Shown one piece after another: positions 34,253 to 43,993 of a stretch of DNA of 61,851 nt. Position 1 is the first letter of the stretch. Every line of letters begins with the position of its first letter. The DNA lies in contig DASPWU010000004.1 in NCBI GenBank assembly GCA_035637675.1, positions 1-61,851 of the forward strand. The letters run 5' to 3'. The DNA comes from Candidatus Limnocylindria bacterium. GTDB taxonomy: Bacteria > Chloroflexota > Limnocylindria > Limnocylindrales > CSP1-4. Under the pieces are notes generated by a model that was not told where the DNA came from, made no database searches, and saw only the letters and a program-made list of their open reading frames with translations. The position numbers and the translations under genes were made by a program.

Positions 34253-35272
34253 GTGATGAGGATTGCCCATGTTCGAGAGCGTCACGGTCCAGTCGGAACG
34301 TCCTGGCGGCTGGCGGCCGCGCTCGACGACGATGGTGCGACCTGGCTCGACCTCGATCTTGCCCGGCGCCGCCTCGTCCGCCGCCACGCGGAGCGGGCCC
34401 ACAACAGCGCCCTGTTCCGGCAGCCGATCACGACGCTGGACGACCTGCTCGCCGCGGGCCATCGCGTGGCCGCGCTCAAGGATGTCGTCGATGGCTTCGA
34501 GCCAGGCGGCGAGGACGACGACGACGCGGTGCTGGACGCCGCCGACCTGGCCTTCGGACCACCGATCCTCCGGCCGCCGACCTTGCGCGACTTCTACGCC
34601 TTTGAGCGCCACGTGGCCACGATGTGGCAGCGGCGGGGTGGCGAGGTACCCCAGGCGTGGTATCGGCTGCCGATCTTCTACTTCGGGAACGTGTCGGAGA
34701 TCCGCGGCCCGGACGACCCGGTGTGGGCGCCGCGCGGGTCGGCAGAGCTGGACTTCGAGCTGGAGGTCGGCGCCATCGTGGATGCGTCGGCCCGCGACCT
34801 AGACCCGGATCGCGCGGAGGACGCGATCGGGGGCTACTGCATCCTCAACGACTGGTCGGCGCGCGACCTCCAGCGCGACGAGACCACCGTTCGCCTGGGC
34901 CCGGCCAAGGGCAAGGACTTCGCCACGACGATCGGTCCGTGGCTGGTCACTCCGGACGAGCTGACCGACGCTCGCGCGCCGGGCTCGACCGGGCCGGACC
35001 TGGCCATGACCGCTGACGTGAACGGCCAGGCGATCAGCCACGGGACGTGGTCCGCCGCACAGTTCAGCTTCGGTCAGATGCTCGCCCGGGCATCGGCCGA
35101 CGCTCTCCTCCGGCCGGGCGACCTCATCGGCAGCGGAACGGTGGGGACGGGCTGCCTGCTCGAGGTCAAGGACGAGACCCTGGGCCGGTACCTGCAACCG
35201 GGCGATGCCGTCACGCTCCGGATCGAGCGCCTGGGTGAGCTCCGTACGCCGATCGTGGAGCGCCCCGCGTGA
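34253..35272 (+). CDS. fumarylacetoacetate hydrolase (FAH) family protein
   Basis: 339 aa with start at GTG 34253 or ATG 34256. FAH-fold blocks are ELDFELEVGAIV, NDWSARDLQ, KGKDF and GDLIGSGTVG. It lies in a cluster with hppD and hmgA. Confidence 0.8.
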   Translation: MMRIAHVRERHGPVGTSWRLAAALDDDGATWLDLDLARRRLVRRHAERAHNSALFRQPITTLDDLLAAGHRVAALKDVVDGFEPGGEDDDDAVLDAADLAFGPPILRPPTLRDFYAFERHVATMWQRRGGEVPQAWYRLPIFYFGNVSEIRGPDDPVWAPRGSAELDFELEVGAIVDASARDLDPDRAEDAIGGYCILNDWSARDLQRDETTVRLGPAKGKDFATTIGPWLVTPDELTDARAPGSTGPDLAMTADVNGQAISHGTWSAAQFSFGQMLARASADALLRPGDLIGSGTVGTGCLLEVKDETLGRYLQPGDAVTLRIERLGELRTPIVERPA

Positions 35273-35288
35273 TAGCGTCGTTGCGAAC

Positions 35289-36422
35289 ATGACCGTTCCG
35301 ACGGCAGCGTCCCACTCAGCCGGCGTGCCCGTGCCGGATCTCCCCGCCGGGCTCCAGACGCCGTGCCTGGTGGTCGATCTCGATGTCGTCGACCGCAACG
35401 CCCGACGGCTGCAGGACGAGCTCGACCGGCGTGGCGTGCGCCTGCGGCCGCACGTCAAGACCCACAAGAGCGTCGCGCTCGGGCGGCTCCAGCTGGAGAG
35501 CGGCGCCGCCGGTCTCACGGTTGGCACACTTGGCGAAGCGGAGGTCATGGCGGCGGCCGGCCTCAACGACCTATTCCTCGCGTATCCCCTCTGGGCCGAA
35601 GGTGCGAAGGCCGCCAGGTTGCGCGCCCTGCACGAGTCGATCGGGCTGATCGTCGGCGTCGACTCGCGGGCCGGCGCCGAGCGGCTGGCCGCGGCAGTTG
35701 CCGGGACGAAGCGGCCCCTGCGGGTGGTGATCGAGCTCGACTCGGGTGGGCACCGAACCGGCGCCGGCAATCCCGGAGAAGCGGTCGCCGTCGCACTCGC
35801 CGCGCAGAAGCTCGACCTGCACGTGCTGGGCGTGTTCACTCATGGCGGGCACAGCTACGCGGGTCCCGACGCCGGCGCCCCGGCGGCAGCCGACGAGGTG
35901 CGATCCCTCGGCCAGGCGGCGGATGCGCTCAGCGCGGCGGAGATCCCGGTGGAAGTCGTCAGCGCGGGATCGACGCCGACGGCCGTCGACGCCGCCACGG
36001 GCCAGGTCAACGAGATTCGCGCCGGGACGTATCTGCTCGGCGACCGGCAGCAGGTCGCGCTGGGGTCCATCTCGCCGGACGGCATCGCCCTCCACGTCGC
36101 GGCGACGGTCGTCAGCACGACCGTTCCGGGCCAGGTCATCCTGGATGCAGGAGCGAAGTGCTTGACGAAGGACCTGCCGCCGTACCTCGACGGCCACGGC
36201 CTCCTGCCGGCCTACCCGGAGGCCTTCATCGAGCGGCTCTACGACTACCACGGCGCGACGCGGATTCCAGACGGCCAGGCTGCACCGGCGCTTGGCGAGA
36301 TCGTGGCCATCGTTCCCAACCATGTCTGCCCGGTGGTCGACCTGTTCGACTCGTTCGTGGCGGTTCGGGGCGGCGAAATCGTCGGTCGCTGGCCGGTGGA
36401 CGCCCGAGGCCGCTCCGGCTGA
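35289..36422 (+). CDS. alanine-racemase-fold PLP enzyme (D-threonine aldolase / DSD1 D-serine dehydratase-like)
   Basis: 377 aa from ATG 35289. TPCLVVDLD..NA, the PLP lysine in RPHVKTHKS and a C-terminal beta domain (VPNHVCP) match the D-TA family. Confidence 0.7.
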   Translation: MTVPTAASHSAGVPVPDLPAGLQTPCLVVDLDVVDRNARRLQDELDRRGVRLRPHVKTHKSVALGRLQLESGAAGLTVGTLGEAEVMAAAGLNDLFLAYPLWAEGAKAARLRALHESIGLIVGVDSRAGAERLAAAVAGTKRPLRVVIELDSGGHRTGAGNPGEAVAVALAAQKLDLHVLGVFTHGGHSYAGPDAGAPAAADEVRSLGQAADALSAAEIPVEVVSAGSTPTAVDAATGQVNEIRAGTYLLGDRQQVALGSISPDGIALHVAATVVSTTVPGQVILDAGAKCLTKDLPPYLDGHGLLPAYPEAFIERLYDYHGATRIPDGQAAPALGEIVAIVPNHVCPVVDLFDSFVAVRGGEIVGRWPVDARGRSG

Positions 36423-36552
36423 CCCGAGTGAACCCTCAGGCGACGGGCGATCTCGGGAAGGAGCCGATCCTCACGACGCGGACCGCCGGGACGGCCTCGG
36501 TCACGGTTACCGCAGGAATGGGCGGCGTAGACTCGGGCCGTCAGGAGGTTCG

Positions 36553-37776
36553 ATGTACTACGTCCGCCGCGGCGAGGTGCCCCAGCAGCGCCACACGCAG
36601 CTCCGCTCACCGTCTGGCCAGCTCTACGCGGAGGAGCTGTTCGGGGTCGAGGGCTTCACCGGCCGCAGCTCGCTGCTCTACCACCTCGTGCCGCCGACCC
36701 GGACGCATCGAATCGAGCCGGTCAGCGACCTTCGCCTGGAGGCGTCCGAGGACGGGGTCCACCGGCACCGGCTGATCAAGACCGGCGGGGTCGAGCCGGC
36801 GGGGGACGTCGTGACCGGCCGGATCGCGCTGTTCTTCAACGGCGACGTGACCATGGGCGTCGTCCGCCCGGCGCGGGCCATGCCGGCCGGCACGTTCTAC
36901 CGGAACGGCATCGCCGACGAGATGCTCTTTGTCCATGAGGGGAGCGGCGTCTGCGACACGGTCTTCGGGCCAATCCGCTACGGCCCGGGCGATTATCTCG
37001 TGCTGCCGATCGGCACCACGTGGCGGCTGGATCCGGACGAGGGCTCGGCCCAGCGGATGCTCTGGCTGGAGAGCCCATCCGAGCTCGAGCCGCCAAGGCG
37101 CTACCGGAACGACTATGGCCAACTGCTGGAGCACTCACCCTATTCGCAGCGGGACATCCATGCCCCGGCCGAGGTGCCGCCCCGCGACGACGCCGGGGAG
37201 TTCGTCATCCACGTCCGGACGGCGGACAGGATCACCGCCTATCACTACCGTCACCATCCGTTCGACGTGGTGGGCTGGGACGGCTACCTCTGGCCGTTCC
37301 GATTCAACATCGGCGACTTCCAGCCGATCACGGGGCGCGTCCACCAGCCGCCGCCCGTCCATCAGACCTTCCAGGGCCGGAACTTCGTGGTCTGCTCCTT
37401 CGTGCCGCGCAAGTTCGACTACCACCCCCTCGCGATCCCGGCGCCGTACAACCACTCGAACATCAACAGCGACGAGGTGATCTACTACGTGGCCGGCAAC
37501 TTCATGAGCCGGCGCGGGGTCGAGATCGCGTCGTTCACCGACCATCCGGCGGGCATCCCTCACGGCCCGCATCCGGGCACCGTGGAGGCATCGATCGGCA
37601 AGGAGGGGACCGAGGAGCTGGCGGTCATGGTCGACACGTTCAATCCGCTGCGGATCACGACACAGGCCGCCGGGCTCGACGATCCCGCGTATCCCTACTC
37701 CTGGCTGCCCGCCGACGACCACGCACGGGAAGCGTCAGAGCTCGCGGCCCGCGGGCCGGAGGCCTTCCCCGACTGA
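36553..37776 (+). CDS. hmgA: homogentisate 1,2-dioxygenase (short actinobacterial type)
   Basis: 407 aa from ATG 36553, preceded by AGGAGG. The N-terminus is YYVRRGEVPQQRHTQLRSP.GQLYAEELFG.EGF.G.SSLLYH, followed by a cupin core. Confidence 0.8.
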   Translation: MYYVRRGEVPQQRHTQLRSPSGQLYAEELFGVEGFTGRSSLLYHLVPPTRTHRIEPVSDLRLEASEDGVHRHRLIKTGGVEPAGDVVTGRIALFFNGDVTMGVVRPARAMPAGTFYRNGIADEMLFVHEGSGVCDTVFGPIRYGPGDYLVLPIGTTWRLDPDEGSAQRMLWLESPSELEPPRRYRNDYGQLLEHSPYSQRDIHAPAEVPPRDDAGEFVIHVRTADRITAYHYRHHPFDVVGWDGYLWPFRFNIGDFQPITGRVHQPPPVHQTFQGRNFVVCSFVPRKFDYHPLAIPAPYNHSNINSDEVIYYVAGNFMSRRGVEIASFTDHPAGIPHGPHPGTVEASIGKEGTEELAVMVDTFNPLRITTQAAGLDDPAYPYSWLPADDHAREASELAARGPEAFPD

Positions 37777-37813
37777 GCCTTCGCCCGATCCTGCGCGCCG
37801 GTCGGGTCGTGGG

Positions 37814-38458
37814 TCAGCCCGATCGCCCGATGGTCGCGTGCCAGGCCCGGGCGCCGGCGTCGTGGAGTCGCGTCGCGAACCGCACCTCCTCGATCGCCAT
37901 GACCGTCCACCCATCGGGGAACGCGGCGCGGATCTCCGGCTGGCTCACGCGTCGCGGCCCGCCGCCCCAGGGCTCACGGTCGCAGAAGCACAGCAGGTGG
38001 ACGACGCCGCTCGGTTCGACGACGTCGCCTAGCGCCGCGACGTACCGCTCCCGATCGGGATCGTCGAACGTGTGGAACAGCCCGCAATCGAGGACCGATC
38101 CGAACGATCGCCCCAGCTCGGACAGCGACATCGCGTCGCCGACAACGAACTCGACGTCGAGCGCCCTCGCGGCTGCCTTCTTTCGCGCCCGATCGACGGC
38201 GAGCTGGGCGCCGTCGAGGCCGACGACCTCCAACCCCAGCCCTGCCAGGTACAAGGCGTTCTCGCCGGTCCCGCAGCCCGCATCGAGGACCGGCGATCGG
38301 AACCTGCCGGCGCTCGCGATGGTGACCACGACCGGTTGCGGACGGCCGATGTCCCAGGGCGGCGGCGGCCCGCGATAGGCGTCCTCCCAGCCGAGGAACG
38401 GATCCGTCACGGTCGGAGGCGCCGCAGGGGAGTCATGGGCGCCGATTGTAGGAGCCAC
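37814..38458 (-). CDS. class I SAM-dependent methyltransferase
   Basis: 214 aa with motif I VLDAGCGTGENALYLAGLG, the acidic VGLDGA, and VVGDA. Confidence 0.75.
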   Translation of the reverse strand: MAPTIGAHDSPAAPPTVTDPFLGWEDAYRGPPPPWDIGRPQPVVVTIASAGRFRSPVLDAGCGTGENALYLAGLGLEVVGLDGAQLAVDRARKKAAARALDVEFVVGDAMSLSELGRSFGSVLDCGLFHTFDDPDRERYVAALGDVVEPSGVVHLLCFCDREPWGGGPRRVSQPEIRAAFPDGWTVMAIEEVRFATRLHDAGARAWHATIGRSG

Positions 38459-38516
38459 GGCGGAGCGGCCGAACTCGCGCGGAGCGTCCTAAGCGACACC
38501 GGTCGAGCATGGCCCA

Positions 38517-39485
38517 CTACTCGTCGGCCATCCGAACGGCCGGCCTGATCGAGCTGAACGTCTCCGGCGGAGCCTGGGCCACGAGCACTCCCACGATGAT
38601 GAGCGCCCCGCCGGCGAGTTGGGTCGGCGCCATCGTCTGGCCGAAGATGATCGCCGCGAGTGTGATCGTCCAGATGGGCTCGATCGTGCTGACCAGGGCC
38701 GCCTGGCTGCTGCCGATGCGGCGGGCGCCGGCGTAGAAGCCCTCGATAGCGATGAACGTCGCCACAACGGCCACCCCGACCAGCCCGGGCCAGGCGGCGG
38801 CCGGGATCCGGTCCGGCCATAGCGGCACTCCGAGGAGGATGCCGCTGAGCCAGTAGGTCGCGGCGGTGGCGGTCATCATCAGGGCGGTTGCCACGGCCAC
38901 GTCGGTACCGCCGTCGGCATCCACCGCGACCGTCTCTCGGCGCTCGCCCGCCAGTCGGGCTGCCAGGACGATCCAGATCGAATAGATGATCGGCGACGCG
39001 AGGATGAGGACCAACCCCGCGACCGGGGGCGTCTCGCCGGCAGGGATGCCCCCTACCGCGAGCACGACCCCGACCATCGCCAGGCCGAGAGCAAACCACG
39101 AGCGGCGACCCTCGAGCCGACGGCCCAGGCGGAGGCTCATGACCGCCACGATGGCCGGATAGATGTACACGATGATCGAGGCGAGCGAGACCGAGACGAC
39201 CTCGAGGCCCGCGTAATACGTGCCGGAATTCGCGGTGTAGAGGACTCCCAGCGCTATGGCCACGATCGCGGTTCGCCGGTCGAGCAGCCGCAGTCCGCGT
39301 CGCCGGTCCGGCCAGGCCAGGACCCAGAGCCAGGCGAGGACGGCCGCGAAGCCGAATCGCCAGGCAGACAGGACCTGCCAGCCCACGCCCGCCTCGTAGA
39401 CCGGCTGTGCGAACAGCCCGCCCGAGCCGAATCCGCAGGCCGAAACGAGCACGAGGAGGAGCCCGAACTCCCGTCGCCGGTCCAT
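38517..39485 (-). CDS. EamA/DMT-family transporter
   Basis: 322 aa from ATG 39485 with 10 hydrophobic helices in two EamA-like halves. The upstream part of the track ORF is Arg-rich and unlikely to be coding. Confidence 0.75.
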   Translation of the reverse strand: MDRRREFGLLLVLVSACGFGSGGLFAQPVYEAGVGWQVLSAWRFGFAAVLAWLWVLAWPDRRRGLRLLDRRTAIVAIALGVLYTANSGTYYAGLEVVSVSLASIIVYIYPAIVAVMSLRLGRRLEGRRSWFALGLAMVGVVLAVGGIPAGETPPVAGLVLILASPIIYSIWIVLAARLAGERRETVAVDADGGTDVAVATALMMTATAATYWLSGILLGVPLWPDRIPAAAWPGLVGVAVVATFIAIEGFYAGARRIGSSQAALVSTIEPIWTITLAAIIFGQTMAPTQLAGGALIIVGVLVAQAPPETFSSIRPAVRMADE

Positions 39486-39579
39486 TCGCCCGAGCCTAGC
39501 AGGGGAGCACGGCCGCTCGCCGCGGCCGCTGGTCGCTCGCCGCTCCCTCTGGCCGCTCGCCTCCGCGTCGGCGCGGCGC

Positions 39580-40137
39580 GTGACCGCATGCGCAGAGTGG
39601 CCCGTTTGGCGCGGCCGACCTACACTGGAATGTGTGAGTGAAGCCGCGGTGTCGAAGACCGTCACGGAGCGCGTTCCGACGCTCCTCGACGAGCCGATCA
39701 AGGTCCTCCAGCGGCGCGATCCGGTGCGCGTCGCGCCGGGCACGAGCCTGGCCGCCTGCCTCCTCGCCATTCAGCGGACGGGCACCGGCGACAGCGTGGT
39801 CGTGGCAGATCCCGATGGGCGCCTGCGCGGAGTGCTGACCGAGCGCGACATCGTCGCCCGCCTCGTCGGCACGGATGAGGACCTGGCCCAGCCGGTCGAG
39901 GCCCTGATGAACACCCAGCCTCGCCTGCTCCACTTCGAGGATCCCATCCGGGACGCGATCGCGCTCATGGAGACCGGACGCTTTCGCAACGTCCCGATCG
40001 TCGACGATGAGGGTTTGATCGCCGGGATCGTCCGGCCCCAGGACGTCCTTCGCTACCTGGCCGAAGCATTCCCCGAAGAGGTCCTCAACCTGCCGCCTCG
40101 GCCTCACCAACGCATGAAGGAGCCCGAGGGCGCGTGA
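39580..40137 (+). CDS. CBS-pair domain protein
   Basis: Two CBS motifs ([20 protein letters not shown] and [20 protein letters not shown]). The start is uncertain: GTG 39580 or GTG 39634. The stop overlaps the GTG of korA (GTGA). Confidence 0.7.
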   Translation: MTACAEWPVWRGRPTLECVSEAAVSKTVTERVPTLLDEPIKVLQRRDPVRVAPGTSLAACLLAIQRTGTGDSVVVADPDGRLRGVLTERDIVARLVGTDEDLAQPVEALMNTQPRLLHFEDPIRDAIALMETGRFRNVPIVDDEGLIAGIVRPQDVLRYLAEAFPEEVLNLPPRPHQRMKEPEGA

Positions 40138-41993
40138 CCACCGCCGAACGAAAGCTTCCCACCCAGGATCTCGAGCGCGTCACGATCCGTTTCGCCGGCG
40201 ACTCCGGCGACGGGATGCAGCTCACCGGCACCCAGTTCACCCGGACGGCGGCGGTCTTCGGCAACGACGTCAGCACGCTGCCGGACTTCCCGGCCGAGAT
40301 CCGCGCCCCGGCCGGTTCGCTGCCAGGAGTCAGCGGCTTCCAGATCAGCTTCAGCAGCCTGGACATCCACACGCCGGGCGACCAGCCCGACGTGCTGGTG
40401 GCGATGAACCCGGCGGCGCTCAAGTCCAACCTTGACGACCTGCCGGCGGGCGGGGCGCTCATCGTCAACGAGGATGCCTTCACCAAGACGAACCTCAACA
40501 AGGTGGGCTACGCCGAGAACCCGCTGACGGACGGCTCGCTCAAGCCGTACACCGTCTTCGCCATTCCCATCTCCACGCTCAACGCCCGGGCGCTGGAAGG
40601 CCTGGAGATGTCGAACAAGCAGGTCGACCTGACGAAGAACTTCTTCGCGCTGGGGCTCATGTTCTGGCTGTACGAGCGGACCATGGACCCCACGCTCCGC
40701 TGGATCGACGACAAGTTCAAGGCCAAGCAGGTCATCGCCGAGGCCAACAAGCGCGCGCTCAAGGCGGGCTATGCGTTCGGCGAGACGACCGAGATGTTCC
40801 ACACGCATTACCGGGTGGCGCCGGCGCACCTGCCGGCCGGCCACTACCGGAACATCACCGGGAACGAGGCGACAGCCCTGGGATTTGTGGCCGCCAGCAC
40901 GAAGGCCGGCCGGCCCATCTTCTACGGCAGCTACCCGATCACGCCCGCCTCGGACATCCTCCACCAGCTGTCGGGCTACAAGAACTTCGGCGTGCGGACC
41001 TTCCAGGCCGAGGACGAGATCGCCGCGATCGGCTCGGCGATCGGCGCCAGCTACGGCGGTGCCCTGGGTATGACCGCCTCATCGGGCCCCGGGATCGCGC
41101 TCAAGTCGGAGGCGCTGGGCCTCGCGATCATGGTCGAGTTGCCGCTCGTCGTCATCGACGTCCAGCGAGCCGGCCCATCCACGGGCATGCCCACCAAGAC
41201 CGAGCAGGCGGACCTGCTGCAGGTCATGTTCGGCCGGAACTCCGACTCGCCGGTCGCGGTGGTCGCCCCGTCCACCCCGGCCGACTGCTTCGAGATGGCG
41301 GTCGAGGCGGCCCGGATCGCGCTCAAGTACATGACCCCGGTCGTCTATCTCTCGGATGCATTCCTTGCCACCGGCGCCGAGCCGTGGCGCATCCCGAGCG
41401 TCGATTCCCTGCCCGAGATCGGGGTGCAGAACCGCGTCGAGCGAGAGGGATTCCATCCGTACGATCGCGATCCCACGACGCTGGCCCGACCGTGGGCGGT
41501 GCCGGGCACTGCCGGGTTGGAGCATCGGATCGGCGGGCTGGAGAAGGCCGACATCACGGGCAACGTCAGCTACGACCCGGACAATCACCATCGGATGCAG
41601 ATGCTGCGCCAGGCGAAGATCGCGGGGATCGCGGACGACATCCCGGAGCTGGTCGCGTCCGGCCCCGAGCGCGGTGAGCTCCTCGTCCTTGGCTGGGGTT
41701 CCACGTACGGCTCGATCCGGAGTGCCGTCGAGCGACTCCAGTCGGACGGCCGAAGCATCGCCCACGCGCATTTGCGCTACCTGAATCCCTTCCCACGGAA
41801 CCTCGGCGACGTCCTGCGACGGTACGACCGCGTGCTCATTCCCGAGATCAACCTGGGCCAGCTCTCGATGCTCATCCGAGCCCGATTCCTGGTCGACGCG
41901 ATCGGCTACAACCGGGTTCGCGGCAAGCCATTCAGGATTTCGGAGATCGTCAGCGCAGCCGAGGCCGCGCTCAACGGGGAGACCCTCCAGTGA
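40134..41993 (+). CDS. korA: 2-oxoacid:ferredoxin oxidoreductase subunit alpha (2-oxoglutarate type)
   Basis: 619 aa. Blocks are [26 protein letters not shown] and [18 protein letters not shown], fused gamma/alpha domains typical of actinobacterial KorA. Confidence 0.9.
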   Translation: MTTAERKLPTQDLERVTIRFAGDSGDGMQLTGTQFTRTAAVFGNDVSTLPDFPAEIRAPAGSLPGVSGFQISFSSLDIHTPGDQPDVLVAMNPAALKSNLDDLPAGGALIVNEDAFTKTNLNKVGYAENPLTDGSLKPYTVFAIPISTLNARALEGLEMSNKQVDLTKNFFALGLMFWLYERTMDPTLRWIDDKFKAKQVIAEANKRALKAGYAFGETTEMFHTHYRVAPAHLPAGHYRNITGNEATALGFVAASTKAGRPIFYGSYPITPASDILHQLSGYKNFGVRTFQAEDEIAAIGSAIGASYGGALGMTASSGPGIALKSEALGLAIMVELPLVVIDVQRAGPSTGMPTKTEQADLLQVMFGRNSDSPVAVVAPSTPADCFEMAVEAARIALKYMTPVVYLSDAFLATGAEPWRIPSVDSLPEIGVQNRVEREGFHPYDRDPTTLARPWAVPGTAGLEHRIGGLEKADITGNVSYDPDNHHRMQMLRQAKIAGIADDIPELVASGPERGELLVLGWGSTYGSIRSAVERLQSDGRSIAHAHLRYLNPFPRNLGDVLRRYDRVLIPEINLGQLSMLIRARFLVDAIGYNRVRGKPFRISEIVSAAEAALNGETLQ

Positions 41994-43057
41994 CCGAATC
42001 GGCTACCGGCAATGGCAAGGCCGGTCTCAGCGCGGAAAACCAGGCCGTCCTCACGCAGCTGACGCGCAAGGACTTCGTGTCCGACCAGGAGGTCCGCTGG
42101 TGCCCGGGCTGCGGCGACTACTCGATCCTGGCCCAGACCCAGAAGGTCATGCCGGATTTCGGGTTCGCAAGGGAGAACATCGTCTTCATCAGCGGCATCG
42201 GCTGCTCCGGACGGCTGCCGTACTACATGAACGCGTACGGCTTCCACACGATCCACGGACGCGCGCCGACGCTCGCCACGGGGCTGAAGGCCTCTCGCCC
42301 GGACCTCATGGTCTGGGTCATCACCGGTGACGGGGACGCGCTGTCCATCGGCGGCAACCACCTGCTCCACTCGTTGCGTCGCAACGTGGACATCAAGCTG
42401 GTGATGTTCAACAACCGGATCTACGGGCTGACCAAGGGCCAGGCCAGCCCCACGTCGGAGCTCGGCAAGCGCACGAAGTCGACCCCGGACGGCACGATCG
42501 ACCATCCGATCATGCCGCTCAGCGTCGCGCTTGCCGCCGAGGCGACCTTCGTCGCCCGCTCGGTGGACACCCACACCGAGCACCTCCAGCAGACGCTGGA
42601 GCAAGCCGGCCGGCACAAGGGCTCGGCCTTCATCGAGGTCCTGCAGAACTGCAACATCTTCAACGACGGCGCCTGGCGATCGTTCACCGATCGAGAGGTC
42701 CGCGAAGACCGCATGCTCACCCTGGAGCATGGCAAGCCGATGCTCTTCGGCAAGGACCGGGACCAGGGCCTGCGATTGCGCGGCCTCCACCCGGAGGTCG
42801 TCCGGATCGGCGAGAACGGCGTCACCGAAGCGGACATCCTGGTGCACGATCAGCACGCCGAGGATCCCTACCTCGCGTTCATGCTCAGCCGCATCTTCGC
42901 GCCGGACTTCCCGGTGCCGGTCGGGGTCATCCGCGACGTCCAGCGGCCCACGCACGACGAGCTGATGACGGCCCAGCTCGAGGCCGCGATCGCGCAGCGT
43001 GGCCCGGGCGACCTCGGTCGCCTGCTCAACGAAGGCGAGACGTGGACCGTCGAATAG
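41990..43057 (+). CDS. korB: 2-oxoacid:ferredoxin oxidoreductase subunit beta (TPP-binding)
   Basis: 355 aa with [18 protein letters not shown] and the TPP motif [12 protein letters not shown]...[10 protein letters not shown]. Overlaps the korA stop by 4 nt. Confidence 0.9.
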   Translation: MTESATGNGKAGLSAENQAVLTQLTRKDFVSDQEVRWCPGCGDYSILAQTQKVMPDFGFARENIVFISGIGCSGRLPYYMNAYGFHTIHGRAPTLATGLKASRPDLMVWVITGDGDALSIGGNHLLHSLRRNVDIKLVMFNNRIYGLTKGQASPTSELGKRTKSTPDGTIDHPIMPLSVALAAEATFVARSVDTHTEHLQQTLEQAGRHKGSAFIEVLQNCNIFNDGAWRSFTDREVREDRMLTLEHGKPMLFGKDRDQGLRLRGLHPEVVRIGENGVTEADILVHDQHAEDPYLAFMLSRIFAPDFPVPVGVIRDVQRPTHDELMTAQLEAAIAQRGPGDLGRLLNEGETWTVE

Positions 43058-43092
43058 CGACGGTGCAGGATGCCTGACACCCGGATCGCTCG

Positions 43093-43593
43093 ATGATCTG
43101 TCCGGCGTGCGGCTTCGACAACATCGCGGGCAACGACGAATGCGATCGCTGCGGAACGCCGCTCGCCGGGGCGGACCTGCCCGCCCCGCAGACGCGCTTC
43201 GAGGCCCGGCTGGTCGATGGGAGGCTGTCCGGCCTGGCCTCGCACTCTCCGCGAACCGTCGAGCCCGGAACGCTGGTGGCGGACGTCATCGCGACCATGC
43301 GGGCTGACGGCCTCGACGGCGTCCTGGTCGTCGAGGATGGGCGCCTGATCGGCATCTTCACGGAGCGCGACGCGCTGCTCAAGCTGGCCGGCCGGACCCT
43401 TGCCGGGATCTCGGTCAACGACGTCATGACCGCCGACCCGGTCGTCCTCCGCGAGGAAGACACGGTCGCGGTGGCGATCCACAAGATGGCGCTGGGCGGT
43501 TTCCGGCACATCCCGCTGGTGGACGGTGGCCGACCGACCGGGATCGTCACGGCACGCGACGTCTTCCACCGCATCGCCGAGATCGTCGGCTGA
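43093..43593 (+). CDS. zinc-ribbon plus CBS-pair domain protein
   Basis: N-terminal CPACGFDN....CDRCG (4 Cys), then two CBS motifs (VLVVEDGRLIGIFTERDALL and IPLVDGGRPTGIVTARDVF). Confidence 0.75.
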   Translation: MICPACGFDNIAGNDECDRCGTPLAGADLPAPQTRFEARLVDGRLSGLASHSPRTVEPGTLVADVIATMRADGLDGVLVVEDGRLIGIFTERDALLKLAGRTLAGISVNDVMTADPVVLREEDTVAVAIHKMALGGFRHIPLVDGGRPTGIVTARDVFHRIAEIVG

Positions 43594-43597
43594 CGTC

Positions 43598-43993
43598 GTG
43601 AGCGAATCGGTGACCGCGCCGCGGGTCGTCGTCCTGGCCGATGACCTCATCTGGCAGACGCGCCTGGTCGGCACGCTGCGGGCGATCGGCGCGGATGCCG
43701 CTCGAGCCAGGGGCGACGCCGGGCTCGAGGATACCCTGGCCGGCGTCGACGCGGTCGTCGTCGATCTCACGGCGCGCAACTACGACCCGATCGCAGCGAT
43801 CGAGCAGGCCGCCGCGGCCGGGCGCCGCGTCCTGGCGGTCGGCCAGCACGACGACGCCCAGCAGCGCAAGCGGGCATTGGCGGCCGGGGCCGAACGGGTC
43901 TACGCCTACCGCAAGCTATTCGAGGACGGCCCGGCAACGCTGGCGGCGTGGCTCGGTCCCGATGCGCTCGGCATCCAGGAGGGTTACGGATGA
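43598..43993 (+). CDS. stand-alone receiver (CheY-like) domain protein, tentative
   Basis: 131 aa from GTG 43598. VVVLADD, AVVVDL and AAGAERVY..K follow the beta-alpha pattern of receiver domains. The stop overlaps the next ATG (ATGA). Confidence 0.45.
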   Translation: MSESVTAPRVVVLADDLIWQTRLVGTLRAIGADAARARGDAGLEDTLAGVDAVVVDLTARNYDPIAAIEQAAAAGRRVLAVGQHDDAQQRKRALAAGAERVYAYRKLFEDGPATLAAWLGPDALGIQEGYG

